A stretch of DNA of 64,000 bases, taken from positions 1 to 64,000 of the forward strand of contig JBBRRY010000008.1 in NCBI GenBank assembly GCA_038245905.1. The letters are read 5' to 3'. The stretch's first letter is position 1; each line of letters opens with the position of its first letter. Both the position numbers and the translations under genes were made by a program. Below, one piece after another: positions 9,501 through 18,007 of the stretch. The notes below the pieces were generated by a model that worked only from the letters and a program-made list of their open reading frames with translations, was not told where the DNA came from and made no database searches. This DNA comes from Thermoanaerobaculia bacterium (GTDB lineage: Bacteria > Acidobacteriota > Thermoanaerobaculia > UBA5066).

Positions 9501-10580
9501 ATGCGCACCGTCGCCCGCGACTTCCCCGACGTCATCGGAGCCATTTCCGACGAGGGCGTCCGCGCGCTCTTCTCGCAGCGGTTTCTCGTCGCCACGGAGA
9601 TCTACGACGAGCTGGTCGACGCGGCCTGCCTCCGCATCCTCGAGGAGGTCGGACGAGAAGTTTCTGCTGAGGAGGAGCTCCCCTCGCACACCCGGCCCGC
9701 CTACCGCTACATCGTGGAGAAGCTCTCTCATGCAAAGCCGCCCTCCGAGTCCGTCGAGGCCCTCGCCGCGGAGCTCGCCGCCACCGAGCCCGACGCCGCC
9801 GTCGGAGCGGAAATCGTGTCGCTTCTCGCCGCGGAGGGGCCGGACTTCTTTCGCGGAAAGAAATCGGGCGAGGAGATCCTGTTCTCGCCCGCGCGCCTGC
9901 CTCTCTGGATCCGGTACTTTTCCAACGCGAACATCCTCTACGCGATCAACAACACGCTCGGCGCCGAGACCCTCGCGCGCGTCCTGCCCGCGAGCGGCGC
10001 CGAGGTGCTCGAGATCGGCGGCGGATGCGGCAGCGCGGCCGAGGTGGCGCTCCGGCGCCTGGGGCCCTCCGTTTCGCGCTGGCGCTTCACCGAGATCGTC
10101 CCCACCTTCGCGCGCCGGGGCGAACGCGCCGCGCGGGCCGCGGCGGCGCCCGGAACGCTCGTGGAGGCGGCCAGGGTCGACATGACGAAGCCGTGGGAGG
10201 CTCAGGGAATCGCTCCCGCCTCGTTCGACGCGGTCTACTCCGTGAACTGCTTCCACGTGGCGCCGGACCTCGGCTTCGTGCTCCGGGAGGCACGAGCCGC
10301 GCTGAAACCGGAGGGGGTCGCCGTCGTGTCCGAATGCGTGAAGCCCGGAACGAATCCGCCACCTTCTTACGTCGACTTCGTCTTCAATTTCCTGACGAGC
10401 TTCACGAACGTGACGCTGGATCCGGTGCTCCGCCCCAACCACGGCTTCCTGTCGCCCGCCGCGTGGCGCGCGAACTTTGCAGCAGCCGGCTTCCGCGACG
10501 TCACGCTCGTCCCGGACGTGGACGCCGTCGCGGCGCGCTATCCGAAGTTCTTCGTGGGTGCCGTCGTCGCGCGGCGCTAG
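9501..10580 (+). CDS. Class I SAM-dependent methyltransferase resembling PKS/NRPS C-MT domains
   Basis: VLEIGGGCGS, FTEI, QGIAPASFDAVYSVNCFH, LKPEG. Confidence 0.8.
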   Translation: MRTVARDFPDVIGAISDEGVRALFSQRFLVATEIYDELVDAACLRILEEVGREVSAEEELPSHTRPAYRYIVEKLSHAKPPSESVEALAAELAATEPDAAVGAEIVSLLAAEGPDFFRGKKSGEEILFSPARLPLWIRYFSNANILYAINNTLGAETLARVLPASGAEVLEIGGGCGSAAEVALRRLGPSVSRWRFTEIVPTFARRGERAARAAAAPGTLVEAARVDMTKPWEAQGIAPASFDAVYSVNCFHVAPDLGFVLREARAALKPEGVAVVSECVKPGTNPPPSYVDFVFNFLTSFTNVTLDPVLRPNHGFLSPAAWRANFAAAGFRDVTLVPDVDAVAARYPKFFVGAVVARR

Positions 10581-11698
10581 AGGAACGGAACTCCCTCCGC
10601 CGCGACTCTCTCTACGAGACGCGACAGCTCCTCTGCGCGCTCTTCGAGCGAGCTCACGAGCGCGAACTGCGTCCGAGCCCGGCTCAGGTTCTGTCCGTCG
10701 CGTTGGATCCGGAAGTAGACGTCTCCCTCGAGATGGTCCGTCAGAAAGCGCATCCCGCACTCGTACGCAAGGACCATTCCCGAGAGGACGAGGCGGTCCC
10801 TCTCCAGCGGAGAGAGGAGGCTCCCCGTCGCCTCGAGATAGCCCCGGACGAGCGCCTCGAACATCGGGACGCTCGCGACGACTTGCGTAACATCCGGCTC
10901 GTCCTCGGCGACCGGGTTCGTCGCCGTCCGGACCATGTCGCCGAAGTCGTGGAGGAGGAGCCCCGGCATGACCGTGTCGAGGTCGATCACGCAGACCCCC
11001 TCCCCCGTCACGTCGTCGAGAAGAACGTTGTTCAGCTTCGTGTCGTTGTGGGTGACGCGCTCCGCGAGGAGCCCGGCCGCCGCGAGCGCGGCGAGGCTAT
11101 TCGCGAGCGGCTCGTGTCCTTCGACGAACGTGATCTCCCGCGCGACGCCGGCCGCCCAGCCGAGGACGTCCCGAGCCACGGCCTCGCGAAAACGGATCAG
11201 TCTCCAGGGCGTGTCGTGGAAGTGCGGGATCGTCTCGGCGAGACGCGGCGGCGGCAGGTCCGAAAGCAGGCGCTGAAAGGTGCCGAACGCCTTCGCCGCC
11301 TCGTACGCCTGCCGCGGGGAAGAGAGCACGTCCCAGCTCCGCGCTCCTTCGACGAATTCGTACGCCCGAAAGACGCGCCCGTCCGCATCACGGTGAAGAC
11401 CCGAGCCGCTCGTGGCCGGGATCAACGTGAGCGCCCGCAGGGATGCAACGGACGATCCGGTCAGCTTCGCCGTGAGGTGGCGCGTCACGCGCGCGACGTT
11501 CGCCATGAGCGCGTCCGGGTTCCGGAAGACGTCCGTGTTGATTCGCTGGAGGATCGCCCGACGGGCGGCCCCTCCCTCGAGCGCGACCGCCCACGTCTCG
11601 TTGATGTGCCCGTTCCCCCATCGCGTGAAGGCCACGGGCCTCCCCGGAAAGGCGAACGCCGCAGCCGCCGGCGCAAGATGTTGCGGGTCGGTCCTCAT
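10577..11698 (-). CDS. Aminoglycoside phosphotransferase family kinase (N-acetylhexosamine 1-kinase-like)
   Basis: GNGHINET, LQRIN, THNDTKLNN, IDLDTVMPG, DFGD, RFLTDHLEGDVYF. Confidence 0.85.
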   Translation of the reverse strand: MRTDPQHLAPAAAAFAFPGRPVAFTRWGNGHINETWAVALEGGAARRAILQRINTDVFRNPDALMANVARVTRHLTAKLTGSSVASLRALTLIPATSGSGLHRDADGRVFRAYEFVEGARSWDVLSSPRQAYEAAKAFGTFQRLLSDLPPPRLAETIPHFHDTPWRLIRFREAVARDVLGWAAGVAREITFVEGHEPLANSLAALAAAGLLAERVTHNDTKLNNVLLDDVTGEGVCVIDLDTVMPGLLLHDFGDMVRTATNPVAEDEPDVTQVVASVPMFEALVRGYLEATGSLLSPLERDRLVLSGMVLAYECGMRFLTDHLEGDVYFRIQRDGQNLSRARTQFALVSSLEERAEELSRLVERVAAEGVPFL

Positions 11699-11704
11699 CT
11701 CGCG

Positions 11705-11917
11705 TTATTTCAGCTCGAACTCGACGATCACGCCCTTCTCTTTGCCTTCGTTGACGAGCGTGTGCGTGACCCTCGTGTCCACCCAGTGAAATTCGCCGGC
11801 CTTGGTCGGATGCGCTATGGACGCACCCTCGGGCGAGGTCATCCGCAGGTCCATGTCGGTTGCGGCGACGATCCGCACTCGGTCCGTGGAATGAACCGGT
11901 CGCTCAGGTTCGATCAC
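11705..11917 (-). CDS. Short cupin-like protein, probably truncated or internally deleted
   Basis: C-terminal cupin half KAGEFHWVDTRVTHTLVNEG...VEFELK; GTGA overlap with the upstream gene; the first cupin HxH motif is not seen. Confidence 0.5.
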   Translation of the reverse strand: MIEPERPVHSTDRVRIVAATDMDLRMTSPEGASIAHPTKAGEFHWVDTRVTHTLVNEGKEKGVIVEFELK

Positions 11918-12396
11918 GCGAGCGCCCCCCGCAGGACGGCCTTGCCGGATGTCACTTCGACGAGCGCGACGCTCGTCATCTTCTCGGCACCGCGCGGAAG
12001 TGGTGCGATCGGGATCTCGCCGTCGCCGGTCAGATCTGCGGTAAAGCCGGGGCCGAGAAAGACGCGCCGCCCCGCCGTGAACCGGAGCCGATAGCTCACA
12101 CCGGGCGCAAGGTACCAGCAGAAAAAGGCGGCCTTTCGCTCGCGGCGGTCGAGGAAGAAGCGGCCAAGCGGCGCTCCGCGGCGGCGCCGCTTCCCCGGAG
12201 GCGTGAGAGTCGCGGACGGGATGAGGTCCGCCGGGCGCGAGACGAGGTGGAACGCGGCCTCGCGCTCGGCGCAGAAGATCGCGACGCGCTCGCGCAGGCG
12301 ATTGCGAAGGCGGGTGGGCGCCTTCACCTGCGGCACGCAAAAGGAAAGCGCCCAGACGACGTCCGCGAACCCTGCGAAGACACTGTCCTCAGTCAA
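11914..12396 (-). CDS. Putative soluble anti-sigma factor (RskA-like, lacking TM helix and ZAS motif)
   Basis: Overlaps the ECF sigma stop; LSFCVPQVKAPTRLRNRL resembles the end of an anti-sigma domain; beta-rich C-terminus resembles the RskA C-domain (inference). Confidence 0.5.
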   Translation of the reverse strand: MTEDSVFAGFADVVWALSFCVPQVKAPTRLRNRLRERVAIFCAEREAAFHLVSRPADLIPSATLTPPGKRRRRGAPLGRFFLDRRERKAAFFCWYLAPGVSYRLRFTAGRRVFLGPGFTADLTGDGEIPIAPLPRGAEKMTSVALVEVTSGKAVLRGALA

Positions 12397-13039
12397 GGGT
12401 CTTCCTCAGCTTGATGAGGCCCTGGCGGATCCGGGTCTTGATCGTCCCGAGCGGCTGGCCGAGCTTCTCGGCGATCTCGACGTGTGTGAGTCCCTTGAAA
12501 AACGCGAGCTCGACCGCCTCGCGCTGGACGGCCGACAGCGTCGTCACGGCCGCGCGCACGGCGTCGCGGGTCTGGCGGAAGGAGGCGACCAAGTCCGGCG
12601 CGGCCTGTTCGTCGAGGGGATCGAGGTTCACGGCGGGATCGTCGAACGAGATCGTCCGGTCCTCGCGGCGGTGGCGGGCGCGCAGGCGGTCGATTGCGCG
12701 CGAGCGGGCGACCGTAAAGATCCAGGCGGGCGGCGCGCCGCGCGAGGCGTCGTAGCGGTCGGCTTGCCGCCAGACCTGCCAGAAAACGTCGAGGGCGACA
12801 TCTTCGGCCTCCTCGGCGTTCTGAAGGACCTTCCAGACGAGGGAGTAGACGGGCGACGAGTAGCGTTCGTAGAGAGCGTCGAGCGCGGTCGAATCGCCGT
12901 TCTTGATGCGTTCCACGAGGTCGAGATCGCTCGCGGGCGGCGCCTTGGCTATTGGGGGCGCGGGTGTCAGGGCGTCTCTCATGCGGAGCGGCGAGACTAG
13001 CAGGACTGGATCGTGCCGGGCTTGAAGGTGCGTCTCCAT
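12389..13039 (-). CDS. ECF sigma-70 factor (SigK-like); alternative start ATG 12982
   Basis: Region 2 (AEEAEDVALDVFWQVWRQADRYD, WIFTVARSRAIDRLR) and region 4 ([26 protein letters not shown]). Confidence 0.92.
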   Translation of the reverse strand: METHLQARHDPVLLVSPLRMRDALTPAPPIAKAPPASDLDLVERIKNGDSTALDALYERYSSPVYSLVWKVLQNAEEAEDVALDVFWQVWRQADRYDASRGAPPAWIFTVARSRAIDRLRARHRREDRTISFDDPAVNLDPLDEQAAPDLVASFRQTRDAVRAAVTTLSAVQREAVELAFFKGLTHVEIAEKLGQPLGTIKTRIRQGLIKLRKTLD

Positions 13040-13079
13040 CGGCTTCCCTCCGACGGCGGGCGACCGTTCGGATCTCCGG

Positions 13080-13107
13080 AAATCTGCACCTCAGCCGGAC
13101 GCGTAGA
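13080..13107 (+). promoter_or_regulatory. Putative ECF sigma promoter for the fasciclin gene
   Basis: AAATCT-N16-CGTAGA; the same spacing and -10 recur at 14840 and 18638. Confidence 0.45.
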
Positions 13108-13180
13108 GAGGGGGACGTAGGAAACCGACCTCCGCCGAACTCTCCCTCAACCCACTTCAAACACACTCAAGGAGTCACTC

Positions 13181-13708
13181 GTGAAGAAGCTTCTCGGATC
13201 TGCAGTCGTCCTCGCCCTCCTCGCGTCTCCGGCCTTTGCCGAAGACCACTCGATGACCGCGACCAGGGACATCGTCGACGCCGCAGTCGCCTCCGCCGAC
13301 CACACGACGCTCGTCGCCGCCGTCAAGGCCGCCGGCCTCGTCGACACCCTCAAGGGCAAAGGCCCCTTCACCCTCTTCGCGCCGACCAACGCGGCGTTCG
13401 CGAAGCTCCCGGCCGGGACGGTCGAGAACCTCCTCCAGCCCGAGAGCAAGGCGACCCTCACGAAGATCCTGACCTACCACGTCGTCGCCGGGAAGCTCGA
13501 CGCGGCCTCTGTCGCCAAGGCGATCAAGGCCGGCAAAGGAAAGGCCACCCTCACGACGGTCGCGGGCGGGAAGATCACCGCCTCGATGGCCGGCAAGAAC
13601 GTGGTGATCACGGACGAAAAGGGCGGCAAGGCTACCGTGACGGCCGCCGACCTCATGGAGTCCAACGGCGTCATCCACGTCGTCGACTCGGTTCTCCTTC
13701 CGAACTGA
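13181..13708 (+). CDS. Secreted fasciclin (FAS1) domain protein
   Basis: Signal peptide; GPFTLFAPTNAAF, ILTYHVV, SNGVIHVVDSVL; SD AAGGAG. Confidence 0.95.
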   Translation: MKKLLGSAVVLALLASPAFAEDHSMTATRDIVDAAVASADHTTLVAAVKAAGLVDTLKGKGPFTLFAPTNAAFAKLPAGTVENLLQPESKATLTKILTYHVVAGKLDAASVAKAIKAGKGKATLTTVAGGKITASMAGKNVVITDEKGGKATVTAADLMESNGVIHVVDSVLLPN

Positions 13709-13729
13709 ACCGGTCTTTCGTCGGACACA

Positions 13730-13764
13730 GGGGAGCGGGCGTCAGCCCCTCCCCTTTTTCTTTT
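13730..13764 (+). terminator. Intrinsic terminator after the fasciclin gene
   Basis: GGGGAGCGGGC-gtca-GCCCCTCCCC hairpin followed by TTTTTCTTTT. Confidence 0.75.
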
Positions 13765-13805
13765 CTCCGGGCCGCTCACCGCCGCCTGAAGAATGGGGGC
13801 CTCAG

Positions 13806-14156
13806 TTGAATCGTTACGCCATTTTCGCTCAACTCGTCATCGCCCTGTCGATCGCGATCGTCTGGGTCGGCCGCTTCGACAACATCGTGCAGGAGTTCAA
13901 ACGTTACCGCCTGCCGGACCTCCTGCGCACCGCCGTCGGCGCTGCGAAGATCTCCCTGGCCACCCTGCTGGTAGCGGCAATCTGGTATCCCGCTTTGGCC
14001 CTCCTTCCCGCTCTGCTGATGGCCACTCTGATGGTGGGGGCTCTGTGGGCCCACTTCAGTGTCCGCGACCCATTGAAAGAGTACCTGCCGGCTCTCGGCC
14101 TTCTGGCCTTGTCTCTTTTCGTGGCGGGCGTTCACTCAGGAGTGATACCCGGTTGA
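13806..14156 (+). CDS. DoxX-like small membrane protein
   Basis: Four hydrophobic segments; EFKRYRLPDLLRTAVGAAKI and LMVGALWAHFSVRDP patterns. Confidence 0.65.
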   Translation: MNRYAIFAQLVIALSIAIVWVGRFDNIVQEFKRYRLPDLLRTAVGAAKISLATLLVAAIWYPALALLPALLMATLMVGALWAHFSVRDPLKEYLPALGLLALSLFVAGVHSGVIPG

Positions 14157-14181
14157 GCCTCGCAACTGCTTGAGAACCATC

Positions 14182-14694
14182 ATGGGACGCGTCAGCCAGC
14201 TCTCCCGAACCCAGCTGGTCGCGCGGCCGCTCGACCAGGTGTTCGCGTTCTTCGCCGACGCTTCGAATCTGGAGGCGCTCACGCCGCCGTTTCTTCACTT
14301 CCGCATCCGCACACCCATGCCTGTGGAGATGCGCGTTGGTGCACGGCTCGACTACGAGCTGTCTTTGTTTGGAGTGCCCGTGCACTGGCACAGCCGAATC
14401 ACCGACTGGCAGCCCGGGCGCCGCTTCATCGACGAGCAGGAATCAGGTCCCTACGCCCTCTGGCGCCACACCCACGAGTTCGAGGCGCGTGGAAGCTCGA
14501 CGCTGGTGCGCGATGTCGTCGACTATTCAGAACCGCTCGGTCCGCTCGGCACGATCGCGCACGTCCTTTTCGTCCGGCGTACTCTCGACCGGATCTTCGA
14601 CTTCCGGCGAGATGTGATCGGGCGCCTCCTCGAGCACCCGCACGCGCACCAGTCTGGAGACGACGAGGGGTTGGCCAATGTTCACATGGCGTGA
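14182..14694 (+). CDS. SRPBCC (START-like) family protein
   Basis: VFAFFADASNLEALTPP, FIDEQESGPYALWRHTHEF, IFDFR. Confidence 0.88.
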   Translation: MGRVSQLSRTQLVARPLDQVFAFFADASNLEALTPPFLHFRIRTPMPVEMRVGARLDYELSLFGVPVHWHSRITDWQPGRRFIDEQESGPYALWRHTHEFEARGSSTLVRDVVDYSEPLGPLGTIAHVLFVRRTLDRIFDFRRDVIGRLLEHPHAHQSGDDEGLANVHMA

Positions 14695-14839
14695 CCCCTG
14701 CCGCACCACACCTCATCCGGCGCGGCGGGCGGCTCATGCCCCCGGCGTGCGGCATCGCGGCCGCTCTCGCCATGCCGACAACCCCGGCTCCAGCCGTCGA
14801 CCCGGGAGGCACTCCTCCGGATTCCGCGGGTTGTGTCTC

Positions 14840-14867
14840 GCATCCGCCCGCCCCCACGGGGCGTAGA
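14840..14867 (+). promoter_or_regulatory. Putative ECF sigma promoter for the 14887-16831 operon
   Basis: GCATCC-N16-CGTAGA, 19 nt upstream of the ATG with a GGAGG SD in between. Confidence 0.5.
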
Positions 14868-14886
14868 TCGTACGATTGGAGGCTCC

Positions 14887-15108
14887 ATGACCAACCCCTA
14901 CGTGGATCCCGATACGAAAACCTGGCCGGATCTCGCGATCGGCCTCTTCGAAAAGCTGACCGGCCGCGGCGCCGAGATCACCTACGACTTCGAGAATCTC
15001 GACGTGAACGTCCCGAGCCGGACCGGCAAGGACGCTGACCACGCGCTCTGGACGCTGAACGGCCGCGTCGTCATCCGCACGCGCGAGATCGCGGCCGCAA
15101 AGCCGTGA
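14887..15108 (+). CDS. Small hypothetical protein (73 aa)
   Basis: GGAGG SD; globular-looking sequence (TWPDLAIGLFEKLTGRGAEITYDF); GTGA coupling to the next gene. Confidence 0.7.
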   Translation: MTNPYVDPDTKTWPDLAIGLFEKLTGRGAEITYDFENLDVNVPSRTGKDADHALWTLNGRVVIRTREIAAAKP

Positions 15109-15419
15109 ATCCGGGCCTCGCCGTCGACGGCTGGTTGACGCTGACGGGCCCTGCAGGCTCGATGAGACTGACCGGCTTCGGAACCCGCCTCGTGCTCGAC
15201 GCCTCCAACATCCACTGGGCGCCGGTCGCCCGGATGTCCGTCCGGCGGCGCGAACGGGGCTGGCTTCGCTCGGCGTCCGGCGCGCTCGAAGCCCAGCGCC
15301 TCCGCGTCGACGTCGAGAGAGGCGGACGCGTCCTCTTCTCGATGGGCGCCGGCTGCCGCGGCGGGCTCCTCTCGTGGCTCCTCGGCGGAGCCGCGGTCGC
15401 ACGGCGCCGGCGCGCGTGA
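15105..15419 (+). CDS. Hypothetical protein
   Basis: GTGA overlaps with both neighbours. Confidence 0.55.
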   Translation: MNPGLAVDGWLTLTGPAGSMRLTGFGTRLVLDASNIHWAPVARMSVRRRERGWLRSASGALEAQRLRVDVERGGRVLFSMGAGCRGGLLSWLLGGAAVARRRRA

Positions 15420-16831
15420 ACGTTCTCGTCACCGGGGCGACCGGCTACATCGGCTCGCAGCTCGTGCCGGAGCTCCTTGCGGGGGGCCACCGGGTCCGCT
15501 GCCTGGCGCGCAATCCCGCCAAGCTCCCCGAGGAGGTCGCGGCGCGCGTCGAGGCCGTGAGGGGCGACGCGTTCGATCAGGCTTCTCTCGCGCCCGCGCT
15601 CGCCGGGATCGACGTCGCGTACTACCTGATCCACTCGATGGGGGCCTCGGAGCACGCGTTCGCCGAACGCGACCGCGCCGCCGCGCGCAACTTCGCTTCC
15701 GCGGCGGCGGCCGCGGGCGTCGCACGCATCGTCTACCTCGGGGGCCTCGGGCGGAATGCGAGCGGCCTGTCCGAGCACCTGCGAAGCCGGCAGGAGACGG
15801 GTGACGTCCTGCGGGAGGGGCCCGTCCCCGTGACCGAGCTGCGGGCGGCCGTCATCGTCGGGGCCGGAAGCGCCTCCTTCGAGATCATGCGCGATCTCGC
15901 GAAGAAGCTGCCGGTCATGATCTGTCCGCGCTGGGTCTCCTCGCGCTGCGAGCCGATCGCCGTGAAGGACGTCCTCTTCTATCTCGTGGGCGTTCTCGAC
16001 GAGCCGCGCACCGCGGGGCGCACGTTCGAGATCGGAGGAGGCGAGGTCTACACCTACGCCGAGCTCCTGCGCATCACGGCAGGGGTGATGGGCCACAAGC
16101 TGCGGATCCTGACGGTCCCGTTCCTCACGCCGCGCCTGTCGGCCTACTGGCTCAACCTCGTGACGACGGTCCCGATGTCCCTCGCGTTCCCTCTCGTGGA
16201 AGGCCTGCGCTACGACGTCGTATGCGAAGAGACTGCGATCCGGGAGATCCTCCCGCGGGCCCTGACGTCTTTCTGCGCGGCCGTCGCGGAGGCGCTTGGG
16301 CCCGACGCTTCGGCCGGCCCGGAGGCGCGGTGGACGGGAGCCTCGACGGAAGCTGCTTCGCGCCCCTGGCCCGAGACGCGTCCTCTCCTTACCGATGCGC
16401 GCGTCGCCCTGTCCCCGCTCGGCCCGGCGGCGCTGTTCGACCGCGTCCGGCGCATCGGCGGCGCGACGGGCTGGTACTTCGCGAACGAGCTGTGGGAGCT
16501 GCGCGGCGCGATCGACCGCGCGCTCGGCGGCGTCGGCATGCGCCGCGGCCGCCGGGATCCCGTGTTTCTGCGTGTCGGCGATGCCGTGGACTTCTGGCGC
16601 GTCGAGCGCCTCGAGGAAGGCCGCCTTCTCACGCTGCGCGCCGAGATGAAGGTGCCCGGGCAGGCGCGGCTCACGTTCGAGGTCGAGCCGGTAGCCGGCG
16701 GCGGCTCACGACTCATTCAGACGGCGGAATTTCACCCGGAGGGCGTAGCGGGCCGAGCCTACTGGTGGGCTCTCCTACCCGTCCATGCGCTCGTGTTCGA
16801 GCTCATGGCGCGGCGCATCGCGGCGGCCTGA
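15416..16831 (+). CDS. Atypical SDR/NAD(P)-binding protein with DUF2867 (YbjT-like)
   Basis: VLVTGATGYIG, YYLIHSM, SEHLRSR, GSASFE; C-terminal IGGATGWY, DFWRVE, AEMKVPG. Confidence 0.88.
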   Translation: MNVLVTGATGYIGSQLVPELLAGGHRVRCLARNPAKLPEEVAARVEAVRGDAFDQASLAPALAGIDVAYYLIHSMGASEHAFAERDRAAARNFASAAAAAGVARIVYLGGLGRNASGLSEHLRSRQETGDVLREGPVPVTELRAAVIVGAGSASFEIMRDLAKKLPVMICPRWVSSRCEPIAVKDVLFYLVGVLDEPRTAGRTFEIGGGEVYTYAELLRITAGVMGHKLRILTVPFLTPRLSAYWLNLVTTVPMSLAFPLVEGLRYDVVCEETAIREILPRALTSFCAAVAEALGPDASAGPEARWTGASTEAASRPWPETRPLLTDARVALSPLGPAALFDRVRRIGGATGWYFANELWELRGAIDRALGGVGMRRGRRDPVFLRVGDAVDFWRVERLEEGRLLTLRAEMKVPGQARLTFEVEPVAGGGSRLIQTAEFHPEGVAGRAYWWALLPVHALVFELMARRIAAA

Positions 16832-16854
16832 GCGGGTCCGCGAAACCGGCGTCC

Positions 16855-17013
16855 TCAGTCAAGAGCCTTCCTCAGCCTGATGAGGCCCTGCCGGATCCGG
16901 GTCTTGATCGTCCCGAGCGGCTGGCCGAACTTCTCGGCGATCTCGACGTGCGTGAGGCCCTTGACGAACGCGAGCTTGACCGCCTCACGCTGAACGTCGG
17001 CCTGTCGCCAGAC
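16855..17013 (-). pseudogene. Remnant of a second copy of the ECF sigma gene (region-2 stub fused to region 4)
   Basis: VWRQAD joined to a 46-aa region 4 that is 41/46 identical to the C-terminus of 12389-13039; no start codon of its own. Confidence 0.85.
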
Positions 17014-17036
17014 CCCCGATCGGGAACCGGACCGGA

Positions 17037-17765
17037 CTACTGCAAGCCGCCGCGCGCCCGCGAGCCGGGCCGGCGCGCGCGACCGCGCAGCGTCGGGGGC
17101 ACGGGGGCCGGCCGCGCAACGTGGTGCGCGCGGAGCCAGTCGCGCAGGGCCACGGGGTCTGCGGCGCACGCGTCGGCCCCGGTCGCGTCCGCGAGTGACG
17201 GGTCCCGGCGGAACGCGACGCCCCCGACGAGGACCTTCGCACCAGGCGCGACGGAGCGGATCCGGCCGATCAGGCCTGCCGCCTCGACGACGTGCCCCGC
17301 GAGCGAGAGCGAGAGGCCGACCGCCTCGGGCTCGCGGAGCGCGATGTAATCGAGCGCCGAGTCCCGCGGGACGTTTGCCCCGAGGAGCTCGACCTGCCAG
17401 CCCTCTCCCCGCCCGATCTCGGCCGCAAGACGCACGCCGAGCTCGTGGAACTCGCCCGCGAGGCAAGTGAGGACCAGCCGGGGGGCGCCGAGAGGCGGAA
17501 ATTTCTCGCAGCTCGCGTTCATGAGGAAGGCGCGCGAGGCGAGGGCCGTCGCGAGGTGCTCCTCCGCCACGCCAATTTCGCCCTTCTCCCAAAGCCGGCC
17601 GACCTCGTCGAGCGCGGGCTGGACGAGGTCCCGGGCGAGGAGCGCCGGGTCGGAACCCCGCGCGACCGCCTTGCGGAAGACGGCGTCGACCTCCCGCTCG
17701 TCGCCCGCGAGGAGCGCGACGAGGAGCGGGCCCGGGAGGTCCGCGATGTCCGGGAGACCGGTCAC
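17037..17765 (-). CDS. Stand-alone cobalamin-binding protein of CarH/AerR(PpaA) photoreceptor type; alternative start ATG 17837
   Basis: Helical-cap motif [14 protein letters not shown]12 motif GEFHELG, LLGANVP, VGLS, VLVGG; no MerR HTH. Confidence 0.85.
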   Translation of the reverse strand: MTGLPDIADLPGPLLVALLAGDEREVDAVFRKAVARGSDPALLARDLVQPALDEVGRLWEKGEIGVAEEHLATALASRAFLMNASCEKFPPLGAPRLVLTCLAGEFHELGVRLAAEIGRGEGWQVELLGANVPRDSALDYIALREPEAVGLSLSLAGHVVEAAGLIGRIRSVAPGAKVLVGGVAFRRDPSLADATGADACAADPVALRDWLRAHHVARPAPVPPTLRGRARRPGSRARGGLQ

Positions 17766-18007
17766 AGGCTTCCTCCGCCGCAGAAGGGCTTTCGGATTCC
17801 GCCGGAGCCCGGGATGGACGCGCGGTCGGTTTCTCATACCAGAATCACTGGTCGGAGGCCTTGATTGTGATTGTCTCGTCGAGTCTCTCCGTTTCGACTT
17901 CCGGGCCTTCGGGCATCGAGTCCTCCCCGCCAAACAAGCCTCATCATGGACCTTCCGCCATTCCCACTGAGCCCCTGTACATCTTCGATGCCTGGACGCT
18001 TTGCCTC

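Noticed and set aside
17037-17765. Methionine synthase or corrinoid methyltransferase subunit
   Set aside because: ExHxxG plus W-x10-EH fits the CarH/AerR type better than DxHxxG enzymes, and no methyltransferase partner is adjacent; not fully excluded.
17770-18005. Cobalamin riboswitch
   Set aside because: GGGAA and GGAAGG occur, but I could not find GCCACTG or the B12 box.
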